In this document: in pieces, positions 9,352-18,218 of the stretch
How positions within the stretch are numbered: position 1 is the stretch's first letter
How the letters are laid out: each line of letters begins with the position of its first letter
Assembly (NCBI GenBank): GCA_041580775.1
Contig: JBFGDF010000002.1
Span: 3,708 to 67,707 of the forward strand
Direction: 5' to 3'
DNA: 64,000 bases
Source of the DNA: Gemmatimonadales bacterium
Lineage (GTDB): Bacteria > Gemmatimonadota > Gemmatimonadetes > Gemmatimonadales > GWC2-71-9
Notes under the pieces: model-generated
What the model was told of the DNA's origin: nothing
Seen by the model: the letters and a program-made list of their open reading frames with translations, nothing else
Databases searched by the model: none
Program-made: the position numbers and the translations under genes

Positions 9352-10407
9352 ATGCACGCAGTCGTTCTCCGTGGCCACGGCGATCTGTCGCAGATCGCGG
9401 TCGCCGATGTGCCTGCCCCGGTCGTCCGTCGCCCGGGAGACGTGCGCGTTCGGCTCCGCGCCGCGGCGCTCAACCACCTCGACCTCTGGACCGTGCGCGG
9501 CCTGCCGGGCCTGGAACTCACGTTCCCCCACATCCTGGGTGGTGATGGCGCGGGGGTCGTAGAGGCCGTCGGCGCGGACGTCACGCGGGTGCGTCCGGGC
9601 GACGCGGTGCTGTTCAACCCGGGGATCTCGTGCTACCGGTGCGAGCCGTGCCTCGCCGGCGAGCACTCACTCTGCGTCGAGTACAAGCTCCTCGGCGAGC
9701 ATCTGCCCGGAACGCTCGCCGAGTACATCGTGGTGCCGGAGCCGAACGTGTACCCGGTGCCGACCCCGCCAGCCCCGCAGTCAGCCATCACGTGGCCGGA
9801 AGCGGCGGCGTTCTCGCTGGTGACGATCACGGCCTGGCGGATGCTGGTGACCCGCGCGCGCCTGCGGCCGGGCGAGACGGTGCTGATTTGGGGCATCGGC
9901 GGGGGTGTCTCGAGCACCGCGCTCCAGATCGCGAGCCTGCTGGGCGCCCGCACGATCGTCACGTCGTCGAGCGACGTGAAACTGGCCAAAGCGCGCGAGT
10001 TGGGCGCGGACGTCACGCTCAACCACGCGCAGGTGGATGTTGCCACGGAAGTGCGCCGTCTCACCGACCGCCGGGGGGTGGACGTGGTCGTCGAGAACGT
10101 CGGCGAGGCTACGTGGGAACAGTCGCTCCGCATGCTCGGCCGCGGAGGGCGGCTCGTCACGTGTGGCGCGACCACCGGACCGAAGGTCAGCGTCGATCTC
10201 CGGCGGCTGTTCTGGTATCAGTGGGACATCCTGGGCTCGACCATGGGGACCGCCGACGAGTACCGCGAGATCGTGCGCCTGTTCGGGCAGGGACACCTGC
10301 GGCCCGTGATCGACGCGGTCTTTCCGTTCGCGCGGGCACCCGAGGCGTTTCGCCGCATGGCCGAGGGTGATCAGCTCGGCAAGCTGGTGGTCGAGATCCC
10401 GGCCTGA
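9352..10407 (+). CDS. Zinc-type alcohol dehydrogenase / MDR-family oxidoreductase
   Basis: 351 aa. It has a Cys cluster (GISCYRCEPCLAGEHSLC), a Rossmann motif (VLIWGIGGGVSS), and the C-terminal GKLVVEI typical of the MDR family. Confidence 0.9.
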   Translation: MHAVVLRGHGDLSQIAVADVPAPVVRRPGDVRVRLRAAALNHLDLWTVRGLPGLELTFPHILGGDGAGVVEAVGADVTRVRPGDAVLFNPGISCYRCEPCLAGEHSLCVEYKLLGEHLPGTLAEYIVVPEPNVYPVPTPPAPQSAITWPEAAAFSLVTITAWRMLVTRARLRPGETVLIWGIGGGVSSTALQIASLLGARTIVTSSSDVKLAKARELGADVTLNHAQVDVATEVRRLTDRRGVDVVVENVGEATWEQSLRMLGRGGRLVTCGATTGPKVSVDLRRLFWYQWDILGSTMGTADEYREIVRLFGQGHLRPVIDAVFPFARAPEAFRRMAEGDQLGKLVVEIPA

Positions 10408-10409
10408 CC

Positions 10410-13037
10410 GTGCGCCCACCCGCGCTCCTGCTCGCCGGGCTCCTCGGGGGATCGGCGCCCCAGCTTGCCGGGCAGATGCCCTGTCCCGCCGCAGCGCTGC
10501 TCGATTCGGCGTGGACACGGTATCGTGCCGGCGCGATTGCCGCTGCAGACTCCGCGTTTGCGCGTGCGCTCCACGTGTGCCCCGGCGACATCGCGGCGAC
10601 CGTCGGGCTGGGCTACACCGCCCTGCGCGCCGGCCGGCTCCAGGCCGCCGCGGCACGGTTCGACACGGCGTTGGCCACCGATTCCCTCCTCATCGACGCG
10701 CTCGTCGGGCGAGGGCTGGTGGCGTGGCAGCGCGGCGATCCGTCGGCCGCCCGCGATGCGATGGAACGGGTCCGGCGCCTCGAGCCGGCCAACACCACGG
10801 CGCTGGAACTCCTCGCGCGCCTCGGGGCGGAGCCAGCAGCGGCGGCACGGCCGCCCCTGATCCTTCCCGACACGCTGGTCTATCACGTACGCGCGGCGGG
10901 CGACCGGTTTGAGCGGCGTACGGCCGCCGGGTGGGCGCCCTTCTACTTGAAGGGGATCAACCTGGGTGCTGCCCTGCCGGGGCGGTTCCCGTCGGAGTTT
11001 CCCGACTCGAGTACGTACGCCGCCTGGATCGCGGAGATGGCCGCGATGGGCGCGAACGTGGTTCGCGTGTATACCATTCACCCGCCGACGTTTTACCAAG
11101 CCCTCCTGACGCACAACACGGCCCATCCCGCACGTCCGCTGCACGTGGTGCATGGAGTGTGGGCGGAGCTTCCACCCGACGACGACTATCGAGACGAGGG
11201 GTGGGAAGCCGAGTTCCTCGCGGAGATGCGGCGGGTGGTGGACCTCGTGCACGGACGCGCGGATGTCGCGGCGCGTCCCGGACACGCGGCGGGCGCGTAC
11301 ACCGCGGACGTGTCCCCGTGGGTCGCCGCCTATCTGATCGGGCGCGAGTGGGAGCCGTTTTCCGTGGCCGGGTTCAACCGCCTGCGACCCGCCGACACGG
11401 TGTGGACAGGCCGGTATGTGCGCGTCGCGAGGGGAACGCCGATGGATGCGTGGCTCGGGCGCGCACTCGACGCCATGGTGGCCTACGAGACGGAGACGTA
11501 CCGCACCCAGCGACCGGTGGGCTACACCAATTGGCCCACGCTCGACCCGATGGTCCACCCGACCGAAGCCACGGCAGCCGAAGAAGTGGCGTTCCGCACG
11601 GGCGTGGGCGAACCGGATGCCGCCGCCACCCGGGAGTACGACAACGATGTGGTGGCACTCGATGCGACGCTGCTCCAGCCGACACCAGCGTTTCCGGCCG
11701 GCGTGTTCGCTGCCTTCCACGTCTATCCGTACTACCCGGACTTCCTTCTGCTCGATTCCGAGTACGCACGCGCCGAGTCGTCGCTCGGGCCCTCGAGCTA
11801 CTTCGGGTATCTGCGCGATCTGAAGGCCCATCATCGCGGGGTGCCGGTCCTGATCGCCGAGTACGGCATCCCCACGAGTCGCGGCATCTCGCACGTGCAC
11901 CCGCAGGGCTGGCATCACGGAGGCCATGACGAGGCCGGCATGGCCGCCATCGGCGTGCGCCTGACGCGGGAGATCGCGGAAGCGGGCATGGCAGGCGGGA
12001 TCCTGTTCGCGTGGATCGACGAGTGGTTCAAGCAGAACTGGCTCGTGGCCGAGTACGAGCTGCCGCAGGACCGCAACCGGCTGTGGCTCAATCGCCTCGA
12101 TCCGGAGCAGATGTATGGAGTGGTGGCCATGGAGCCGGTGCCGCCGGTGTCAGGGGCCACGGTCGCGCGTCGTCGGGCGGGCTGGGCTCGGGTCCCCCCG
12201 CTCTACACTGGCCCGGCAGGTACGCTGCGCGCGGCGGCCGATGCGGGGGACCTGTGGCTGTCGATCGAGCCCACCGGCCGCGTCGCCGAGCTGTACGTGG
12301 GATTCGACGTCGTGGATTCGGCGCGGGGCGATGGCCGCTGGCCGCACCCGTCGGCGCCGCGGGTCCCGGTCGGGCTCGAGTTTGTCCTCGCCATCCGAGG
12401 CGATACCGCTCGGTTGCTGGTGGATCCCCCGTACGCGGCGACGCCCGTCACATCGGCGAGTCACGCGGAGGCGCGCCCAGTGGTCGTGCCGTCGATTGCC
12501 GCGCCACCCCCCGGTCTGTTTCACGGCCAGTGGGAACAGCAGGCGCCGCGGCCCGTCGCGCCACGCGCCAATGCCGACGGGCGCTACGAACGGCTTCGGG
12601 TGGTCACCAACCGGCCGCGGTTTGGGCGAGATGGAACGGAATACGCCGGGTTCGGCTACGAGCGCGGCGTGTTGCGGGCCGGTGCGCGGCCGGATGGTGA
12701 CTGGGAGCGCACGGGGGCGGCGATCGAAGTACGGATTCCCTGGATGTTGCTCAACGTGACGGATCCGAGCAGTCGGCATGCCCTAGGCGATGTCGAACCC
12801 ACGCGTCGCGAGGGAGATGTGGTGCTGAGCAGGATCCCGGGAATCCGGATCGTCGGCGCGGTGCAGCGACGGGACGGGCGCTGGACGTCGTGGCCCGACA
12901 CCGGGGCTCCCGTCGCGCTCTTCTCCTGGCCGACGTGGGAGGAACCGGCCTGGCGCGCGCGGCGCCGGCCGATCTTCGACGCGATCCGCGACACCTGGGC
13001 ACGGCTGCCCAGTCCGGTGGGCGAGATCAGCCGATGA
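10410..13037 (+). CDS. Secreted protein with N-terminal TPR repeats and a (beta/alpha)8 glycoside-hydrolase-like domain
   Basis: 875 aa. TPR-like helices lie near the N-terminus (AFARALHVCPGDIAATVGLGYTALRAGRLQAAAARFDTAL). These are followed by FYLKGINLG...ANVVRVYTIHPP...VYPYYPDF...VLIAEYGIPTS...FAWIDEWFK, which resembles a clan GH-A TIM barrel. The exact family is not assignable by eye. Confidence 0.7.
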   Translation: MRPPALLLAGLLGGSAPQLAGQMPCPAAALLDSAWTRYRAGAIAAADSAFARALHVCPGDIAATVGLGYTALRAGRLQAAAARFDTALATDSLLIDALVGRGLVAWQRGDPSAARDAMERVRRLEPANTTALELLARLGAEPAAAARPPLILPDTLVYHVRAAGDRFERRTAAGWAPFYLKGINLGAALPGRFPSEFPDSSTYAAWIAEMAAMGANVVRVYTIHPPTFYQALLTHNTAHPARPLHVVHGVWAELPPDDDYRDEGWEAEFLAEMRRVVDLVHGRADVAARPGHAAGAYTADVSPWVAAYLIGREWEPFSVAGFNRLRPADTVWTGRYVRVARGTPMDAWLGRALDAMVAYETETYRTQRPVGYTNWPTLDPMVHPTEATAAEEVAFRTGVGEPDAAATREYDNDVVALDATLLQPTPAFPAGVFAAFHVYPYYPDFLLLDSEYARAESSLGPSSYFGYLRDLKAHHRGVPVLIAEYGIPTSRGISHVHPQGWHHGGHDEAGMAAIGVRLTREIAEAGMAGGILFAWIDEWFKQNWLVAEYELPQDRNRLWLNRLDPEQMYGVVAMEPVPPVSGATVARRRAGWARVPPLYTGPAGTLRAAADAGDLWLSIEPTGRVAELYVGFDVVDSARGDGRWPHPSAPRVPVGLEFVLAIRGDTARLLVDPPYAATPVTSASHAEARPVVVPSIAAPPPGLFHGQWEQQAPRPVAPRANADGRYERLRVVTNRPRFGRDGTEYAGFGYERGVLRAGARPDGDWERTGAAIEVRIPWMLLNVTDPSSRHALGDVEPTRREGDVVLSRIPGIRIVGAVQRRDGRWTSWPDTGAPVALFSWPTWEEPAWRARRRPIFDAIRDTWARLPSPVGEISR

Positions 13038-14830
13038 GGTCACGCCTCCCGTCGGTCTTCGTGCTGGCACTGCTCGCGCTCGTCCCGGCGGCTCTCGGTG
13101 CGCAAGAGGACGCGAACCGCGCTTGGGAGGCGGGCGATGTCGAGGCAGCCTGGCGGCTCTACGGCGCGCGCCTGGCCGAGGACTCCGGTGACGTGCGCGC
13201 GTTGCACCGTCTCGCGCTCATCGCCGCATGGGCCGGTCGCTACGACCAGAGTCTGGGCCTGTTCGACCGCCTGCTGCGGCTCGCGCCGGCCACTCGCGAG
13301 GCGGTGGTGGACCGGGCGCGCGTCCGGGCGTGGCAGGGACACACGGCGGATGCCGTGCGCGCCCTGGACACGCTGCTGGCCGCGGCGCCCGACTACCTGC
13401 CCGCCCTCGAGGCCCGCGCTCAGTTCCTCGGCTGGGCCGGCGAGTATCGATCGGCGATCGCGACCTACGAGCGGCTCGGTGAGATCCTGCCGGAGAACCG
13501 CTCCATCCAGAGTTCGCGGGCACAGATGCTCTCGTGGGCCGCGCGACTCGACGAGTCGATTGCCCTGTACGACAGCCTCGTGCGCGGCGATCCCACGGAC
13601 CGGGCCATGCGCCGTGCGCTGGGCCAGGTGCTGGGGTGGGCGGGCCGGCTCGATTCGTCGGCCGCCGTGTACGGCAGTCTGCTTGCCGCGGATTCGGCGG
13701 ATCTTGATGCATGGGCGGGCCTGGCCCGGGCGCGCAGCTGGGGCGGGCGCCTCAAGGCGGCCGAAGTGACCTGGCAACGCGTGCTGGCCCTGGATTCCAC
13801 CAGCGTTGCAGCACTCGTCGGTCTCGCTCAGACGCTACGCTGGCAGGGACGCGACGCCGCGTCGCGTGCGGTGCTGGCGCGGGCGCGCCGCCTGGCGCCC
13901 AACGACCCAGACGTCCGCACCCAGTGGCGTTGGACGGACGTGGCCTTTCGGCCCCGCACGGGGGCGTCCTTCACGTATGAATCGGACTCGGACGATAACG
14001 GGATCGGGACGCTGGCGGCCCGCGCGAGTTGGCGTGCCGCGCCCCGCCTCGATCTGCGGGTGCACGGCTACTGGCGGTGGCTGGAACAGCGGGGCGCGAC
14101 GGGGTTCACGCAGGAGGCGCGCGGCGGCATGCTCGAGCTGGCGCTGCTGGTCGAGCCGGGATGGACGCTCACGGCTGGCGCGGGCGCGAGCGGGTCCGAC
14201 GTTCCGGGGGCCGAGACGCACGTCCGGTTCGCGGCGCGCCTCGCGACCCCCGCGCGGGAACCCGTGGTCGCGACCGTCAGCGTGACCGGTGAGCCGCTGG
14301 ATGCGACGGCCCAGCTCGTGCGCACCGGCGTCACGGTACGGCAGGGTGCCCTGGACGTGCGGGCCGCGCCCGCCGGTGGATGGACGCTCACGGGGGCGGT
14401 TTCCGCCGCGCGTTTCGACGGTACGGAGGCGAACACGCGCGTAGCCGGCGCCGCCGGGGTCTCCCGCCGGTTTCGCCGGGCATGGAACGTGGGCGCCGCC
14501 GTGCGGGTGTTTGGATTCTCCGAGGACCTGTCGGACGGGTACTTCGATCCGGACCTGTACGTGGTGCTGGAGGCGCCGCTCCGCTGGGAGCGCGAGATTC
14601 GCTGGCTGCGGCCGGTCCTGGAGGTGGCTCCCGGGCTCCAGCAGGTCGGCAGCGACGGCAGCGTGTCGGCCGTGGCGCGCGTGCGCGGGGAGCTGCAGCT
14701 CACCGTCGCGCCCGGTCGCTACGTCGCCGTTGCCGGCGGCTACTCGACGCTCGGCATGGCGCTGTTCGCCTCCGACGTGGGTGATTATCGATACGGGTAC
14801 GTGACGGTCGGGGGAGGCTGGAGGTTCTAG
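13034..14830 (+). CDS. Outer-membrane protein with periplasmic TPR repeats and a C-terminal beta-barrel (PgaA/BcsC/PelB-like architecture)
   Basis: ATG at 13034 forms an ATGA overlap with the upstream stop. The signal peptide is VFVLALLALVPAALGAQE. About 10 degenerate W(A)G(R)-type TPR repeats are followed by alternating beta-strand sequence ending GGGWRF (C-terminal Phe). Confidence 0.7.
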   Translation: MRSRLPSVFVLALLALVPAALGAQEDANRAWEAGDVEAAWRLYGARLAEDSGDVRALHRLALIAAWAGRYDQSLGLFDRLLRLAPATREAVVDRARVRAWQGHTADAVRALDTLLAAAPDYLPALEARAQFLGWAGEYRSAIATYERLGEILPENRSIQSSRAQMLSWAARLDESIALYDSLVRGDPTDRAMRRALGQVLGWAGRLDSSAAVYGSLLAADSADLDAWAGLARARSWGGRLKAAEVTWQRVLALDSTSVAALVGLAQTLRWQGRDAASRAVLARARRLAPNDPDVRTQWRWTDVAFRPRTGASFTYESDSDDNGIGTLAARASWRAAPRLDLRVHGYWRWLEQRGATGFTQEARGGMLELALLVEPGWTLTAGAGASGSDVPGAETHVRFAARLATPAREPVVATVSVTGEPLDATAQLVRTGVTVRQGALDVRAAPAGGWTLTGAVSAARFDGTEANTRVAGAAGVSRRFRRAWNVGAAVRVFGFSEDLSDGYFDPDLYVVLEAPLRWEREIRWLRPVLEVAPGLQQVGSDGSVSAVARVRGELQLTVAPGRYVAVAGGYSTLGMALFASDVGDYRYGYVTVGGGWRF

Positions 14831-15048
14831 TCGCCTCCGTCTCGCCACCGCCGCTCGAGGTAGAGCGTCGGCGCCGCCGGCCCGAACCGCAGCGCGCGTG
14901 CGCTGCTCACCGTGCCGAGGGGCCGGCCGTCTCGGTCGAGCAGCACGAAGTCGCTGCGGGGGTGGCGTCGCCGGTCGGGAGAGACGGCGCGCGTCGCGGG
15001 AACCGCCATGGGCCAGCGGTCGGGATACGCCGTTGCCGTCATCACCAT
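14827..15048 (-). CDS. Hypothetical small protein (weak call)
   Basis: This is a 73-aa ORF from an internal ATG (MVMTATAYPDRW...) with high GC3. I see no recognisable motif. It is convergent with, and overlaps, the end of the porin gene. Confidence 0.2.
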   Translation of the reverse strand: MVMTATAYPDRWPMAVPATRAVSPDRRRHPRSDFVLLDRDGRPLGTVSSARALRFGPAAPTLYLERRWRDGGD

Positions 15049-15192
15049 CGCTGCATCCTCGCGTAGTCCCGATCTCGATGCATTAGACGGGGATCGGCCG
15101 CGAAAGGTTACAGATCTGGCGCGAGCGCCGACACCCGAACTCGTGTATCGGGCCCATGGTCGCGCCCGAGCGAACCGCACCCCGCTCCTTCC

Positions 15193-16323
15193 TCACCTCT
15201 TGTACCGCTCCAGCCACACGAGATCGTCGTCGTCAGTCCGAGCCACGTACACGGTGCCGGCCCCGAATGCGAGCACGGTGCGGTCGCCCTCGAGCGTGAC
15301 CTGCCGTACGAGCTGACCCCGGCCGTCGAATACGTCGTAGACACGAGTGTGCGCGTTCGCCGGCCGGCTGCGCAGCACCCACAACTCCCCCTGGGGTGCG
15401 GCGAGCACCGCCCGCGTGCCCGTGAAGGGCGGCATCACCTCGGGCCACTCCATCCGATCGATATCCGGACGAGGGAGCCGACGCGTGCGGCGTCGGCCGT
15501 TCTCGATCTCGACGGCCATGCCGCGCGCCGCCATCAGGTCGGCCCACGCGTTCTTCTCCGCCGTGCCGATCTTCACCGGCTCGTACCGCACCTCCGGGCC
15601 GACGACTGGACTCGCCGCCCCGTGCCATTCCACGCGGTAGCCGGACGCACGGGCGAGCCCGACGCGACCATCGGCCGTGACCGCCCACTGATCCGTGGGC
15701 TGGTAGGCGCCCCCGCCGATGCTGATGCGCATCTCGCCCGGGCCGGCGGGTGGCAGCGGCGGAAACTGCACGAAGGCCACGGTGTCCATGCGGTCCGCTC
15801 GGCGGTCCCAACGCAACAGCGGAGCGCGGCCCGCGGCGGCGACGTCGTTCAGTCCGGGCATCACGATGCCCGCGAGATCAAAGTAGATGCGGCCGGCGCC
15901 ATCCACGCCGCGCGGCAGGATCGGCCACCCGGATGCACTGCGGAGCGGAATCGTGTTGTCGGCGATGCGCCCGTCGGGCGTGATGACCAGCAGCCGCCGG
16001 TTCCCCATGTCGAGCATGTAGGTGGTGTCGCCCGCCGCGGCGAACAGGGGGCCGGGCATGCCATACTCGCCCGGGCCATCACCCTGACGGCCCACGGGCG
16101 TCATGGCACCGGTGCGGAAGTCGAGGATGGCGACCGTGCCCTCGATGTTGTCGGCGAGCAGCACGCGGCCGTCGCCGAGCACCCGAAACCCCACGGGCGA
16201 CGTCACGGGCTCGGCGAAGGTGGCATCCGGCTTGCCAAGTGGCGTGGCACGAACGGCCTGCGCCTGGAGCGCGGGGGCGACGAGCAGCGTCGCGGCGAGA
16301 GCGAGCATGGGCGAACGAGTCAT
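15193..16323 (-). CDS. Secreted beta-propeller protein of the G-x-GPGE(F/Y/L) type (NHL/6-bladed-propeller-like), paralog 1
   Basis: Start at 16323 (MTRSPMLALAATLLVAPALQAQA) gives a signal peptide. It carries the GRQGDGPGEY motif and repeated hydrophobic-DG-R-hydrophobic strand patterns. Confidence 0.8.
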   Translation of the reverse strand: MTRSPMLALAATLLVAPALQAQAVRATPLGKPDATFAEPVTSPVGFRVLGDGRVLLADNIEGTVAILDFRTGAMTPVGRQGDGPGEYGMPGPLFAAAGDTTYMLDMGNRRLLVITPDGRIADNTIPLRSASGWPILPRGVDGAGRIYFDLAGIVMPGLNDVAAAGRAPLLRWDRRADRMDTVAFVQFPPLPPAGPGEMRISIGGGAYQPTDQWAVTADGRVGLARASGYRVEWHGAASPVVGPEVRYEPVKIGTAEKNAWADLMAARGMAVEIENGRRRTRRLPRPDIDRMEWPEVMPPFTGTRAVLAAPQGELWVLRSRPANAHTRVYDVFDGRGQLVRQVTLEGDRTVLAFGAGTVYVARTDDDDLVWLERYKR

Positions 16324-16353
16324 GGGCCAATGGGGTTGGGGATGAGGGGGAAA

Positions 16354-16374
16354 CGTGACAGGTGAATCGTGAAA
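16354..16374. repeat. Three in-phase heptads CGTGACA-GGTGAAT-CGTGAAA (GTGA every 7 nt)
   Basis: Read directly. GTGA occurs at 16355, 16362 and 16369. It sits in the divergent intergenic region between paralog 1 and the small secreted protein gene. The heptad type is the same as the array at 50821-50883. Confidence 0.6.
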
Positions 16375-16605
16375 CGCCAACCCCTGCTTCGGGCCGGCGC
16401 CTGTCCGGCTCTTCGAGCGTGAGATGCCCGACGCGATCGGACCGTCGCAGACACCGTTGCCGGGGCCGAAATGGTCCGGGCGGCGTGGGTTTGGCCACGT
16501 CGGTCGCCGGGGCCATGCGCATTCTGCGGCACCCCGGGCGCCACGACGATCGGCGGCCCCAGGGGTTCCCCATCAATCGCGCCGCGCGGCGCGTGGAGAT
16601 ACACT

Positions 16606-16933
16606 CATGCTGAAGCGACTGGCGACCCTGGTGCGGACCGGGGTCCTGTCCGTGGCGCTGCTCGGGCTGAGCGGCGGGATCTTGTGGGCGGAGCCGAGCG
16701 ATTGTGCCGAATTCGCCGTCGGCGGCCAAACCGGCCAGCCGTACACCCTGCAGTCCCAGTCCCTCGTCACCGAGACGCGCACGGTATCGGTCACGGCCGG
16801 TGGCGATTGCATCGGATCCGGCTCGACCAGTGTGACGATCGAAGAGCAGTACCATGTCGGCTTTTACAGCAACGACGTCACGGGAGACCTTTTGAAAGTC
16901 GACTGCCGGACGGGGGAAGTGTTGGAGCGATGA
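16606..16933 (+). CDS. Small secreted protein (109 aa, 3 Cys in the mature part); function unknown
   Basis: ATG at 16606 gives MLKRLATLVRTGVLSVALLGLSGGILWAEP, a signal peptide. GC3 is high. The ORF-track upstream extension is Arg/Pro-rich and unlikely to be coding. Confidence 0.5.
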
Positions 16934-17006
16934 ACACGTGAACCCGGGGGGGCTGGTCGGGCGGATTGACCGGCCCCCAATCCGGGTGCGGAAAGGCAAG
17001 AGTATC

Positions 17007-18062
17007 ATGCGCGCTGGGTGCAGCCAGCTTCGGTCCGTGGACCTTCTCGTCCTTGCACTTCTTGCCTCGCCTCTGACGGGCATTGCGGCGTGCGGTGGCA
17101 CCGCTGCCGACGGTGCGATCGACCTCGTACTCGAGGATGCCGCACTCGTCGCTCGGGAATCGGTTCTGGCTGTCCCGATTTCGTCGGAAGATGACGAGTT
17201 CGGCTTCGCGAGGGCGGCAGACCTGGTGTTCGACGGCGATCGCATGCTCGTGCTCGAGAACGGGAACGACCGGATCGTGCGGTTCGACGCAACGCTGAGA
17301 CCGGAAGCGTACTTCGGGCGTGAGGGTGCAGGTCCCGGCGAACTCCGAGGGACGACCGCCTTGGCAGTGTGGCAGGATCTCTATGCCGTCAGTGAAGGGA
17401 CCAACGGTCGCATTTCCATCTTCCGGTCGGACGGGAAATTCGTGCGCGCGGTTCCCGTGCCGCATGGATTCACCGAGGTTCAGTGGGGGCCCGATGGCCG
17501 CCTGCTCGTCAGCTCCTACGATGCTCGCAACTATCTGCTCGCTGGCGACACTGCCGGCCCCTGGCGTCCCTTCGCCGAGCGACCATGGGATCTGTATCCC
17601 GAACAGTTGCAGGCGGGGTTCCGCCCCATAGTCTATGGATATGTCAAGTTTGCCGCTGCACGAGATGGCACGGTCCACGTGTACGACAACGTGCTCGGCT
17701 CACTGGTCGAGTTTGCGCCATCTGGGGAACGCCTCGCCGTGCGGCGCTTGCCGCGACGCATCCGGGATGGACTGGCGAAGCACCGCGCCCTGATCCTCGG
17801 CGATTTCGGGGGGGATGGTCGGGGCGCACGTCCCGAGATCACCGACCTTTCGATCACCGATGACGGACGCCTCTTCCTGCTCTTCCCGAACGTCGGAGCG
17901 ATCGGGCTCCTGGTGGACCTGCAGACCAACCGTGCACGAGCGATCGAGTGGCCGCCGGACGCCGATCAGCGATATGGTGGCTTCGCTGGAGTGATTCGGA
18001 ACAGCCTGTTCTTTCGCCATTCGTCGGACGACGTCCGCATCTTCAAACTGATCCCGGAGTGA
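17007..18062 (+). CDS. Beta-propeller lipoprotein of the G-x-GPGE type, paralog 2
   Basis: ATG at 17007 (MRAGCSQLRSVDLLVLALLASPLTGIAACGG) carries a lipobox. It has the GREGAGPGEL motif and DRIVRFD / GRISIFRSDGKF blade-like strands. Confidence 0.8.
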   Translation: MRAGCSQLRSVDLLVLALLASPLTGIAACGGTAADGAIDLVLEDAALVARESVLAVPISSEDDEFGFARAADLVFDGDRMLVLENGNDRIVRFDATLRPEAYFGREGAGPGELRGTTALAVWQDLYAVSEGTNGRISIFRSDGKFVRAVPVPHGFTEVQWGPDGRLLVSSYDARNYLLAGDTAGPWRPFAERPWDLYPEQLQAGFRPIVYGYVKFAAARDGTVHVYDNVLGSLVEFAPSGERLAVRRLPRRIRDGLAKHRALILGDFGGDGRGARPEITDLSITDDGRLFLLFPNVGAIGLLVDLQTNRARAIEWPPDADQRYGGFAGVIRNSLFFRHSSDDVRIFKLIPE

Positions 18063-18218
18063 CCGTGGTCCGGCTCGGACCGACCCCGCAACGGAACCTC
18101 CCCCCTGCGCATCTAAGCGACCGGTAGGTGTTGGCGTGACAGACCGCCGACGCCCGGGCATCTTCCGTTCACGAGCGATGTCCCCAACCGCGAGGCCGGC
18201 GAGCCTCCGAACCCCCAC

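Noticed and set aside
18135-18173. Single CGTGACA (18135-18141) and inverted GTTCACG (18167-18173) upstream of the MFP gene, plus isolated CGTGAAC-type hits at 44782-44788 and inside coding regions (for example 9976, 58606)
   Set aside because: By rough base-composition estimate, a 5-7-nt motif of this composition is expected about once per kb per strand. Only the in-phase arrays are unlikely by chance.
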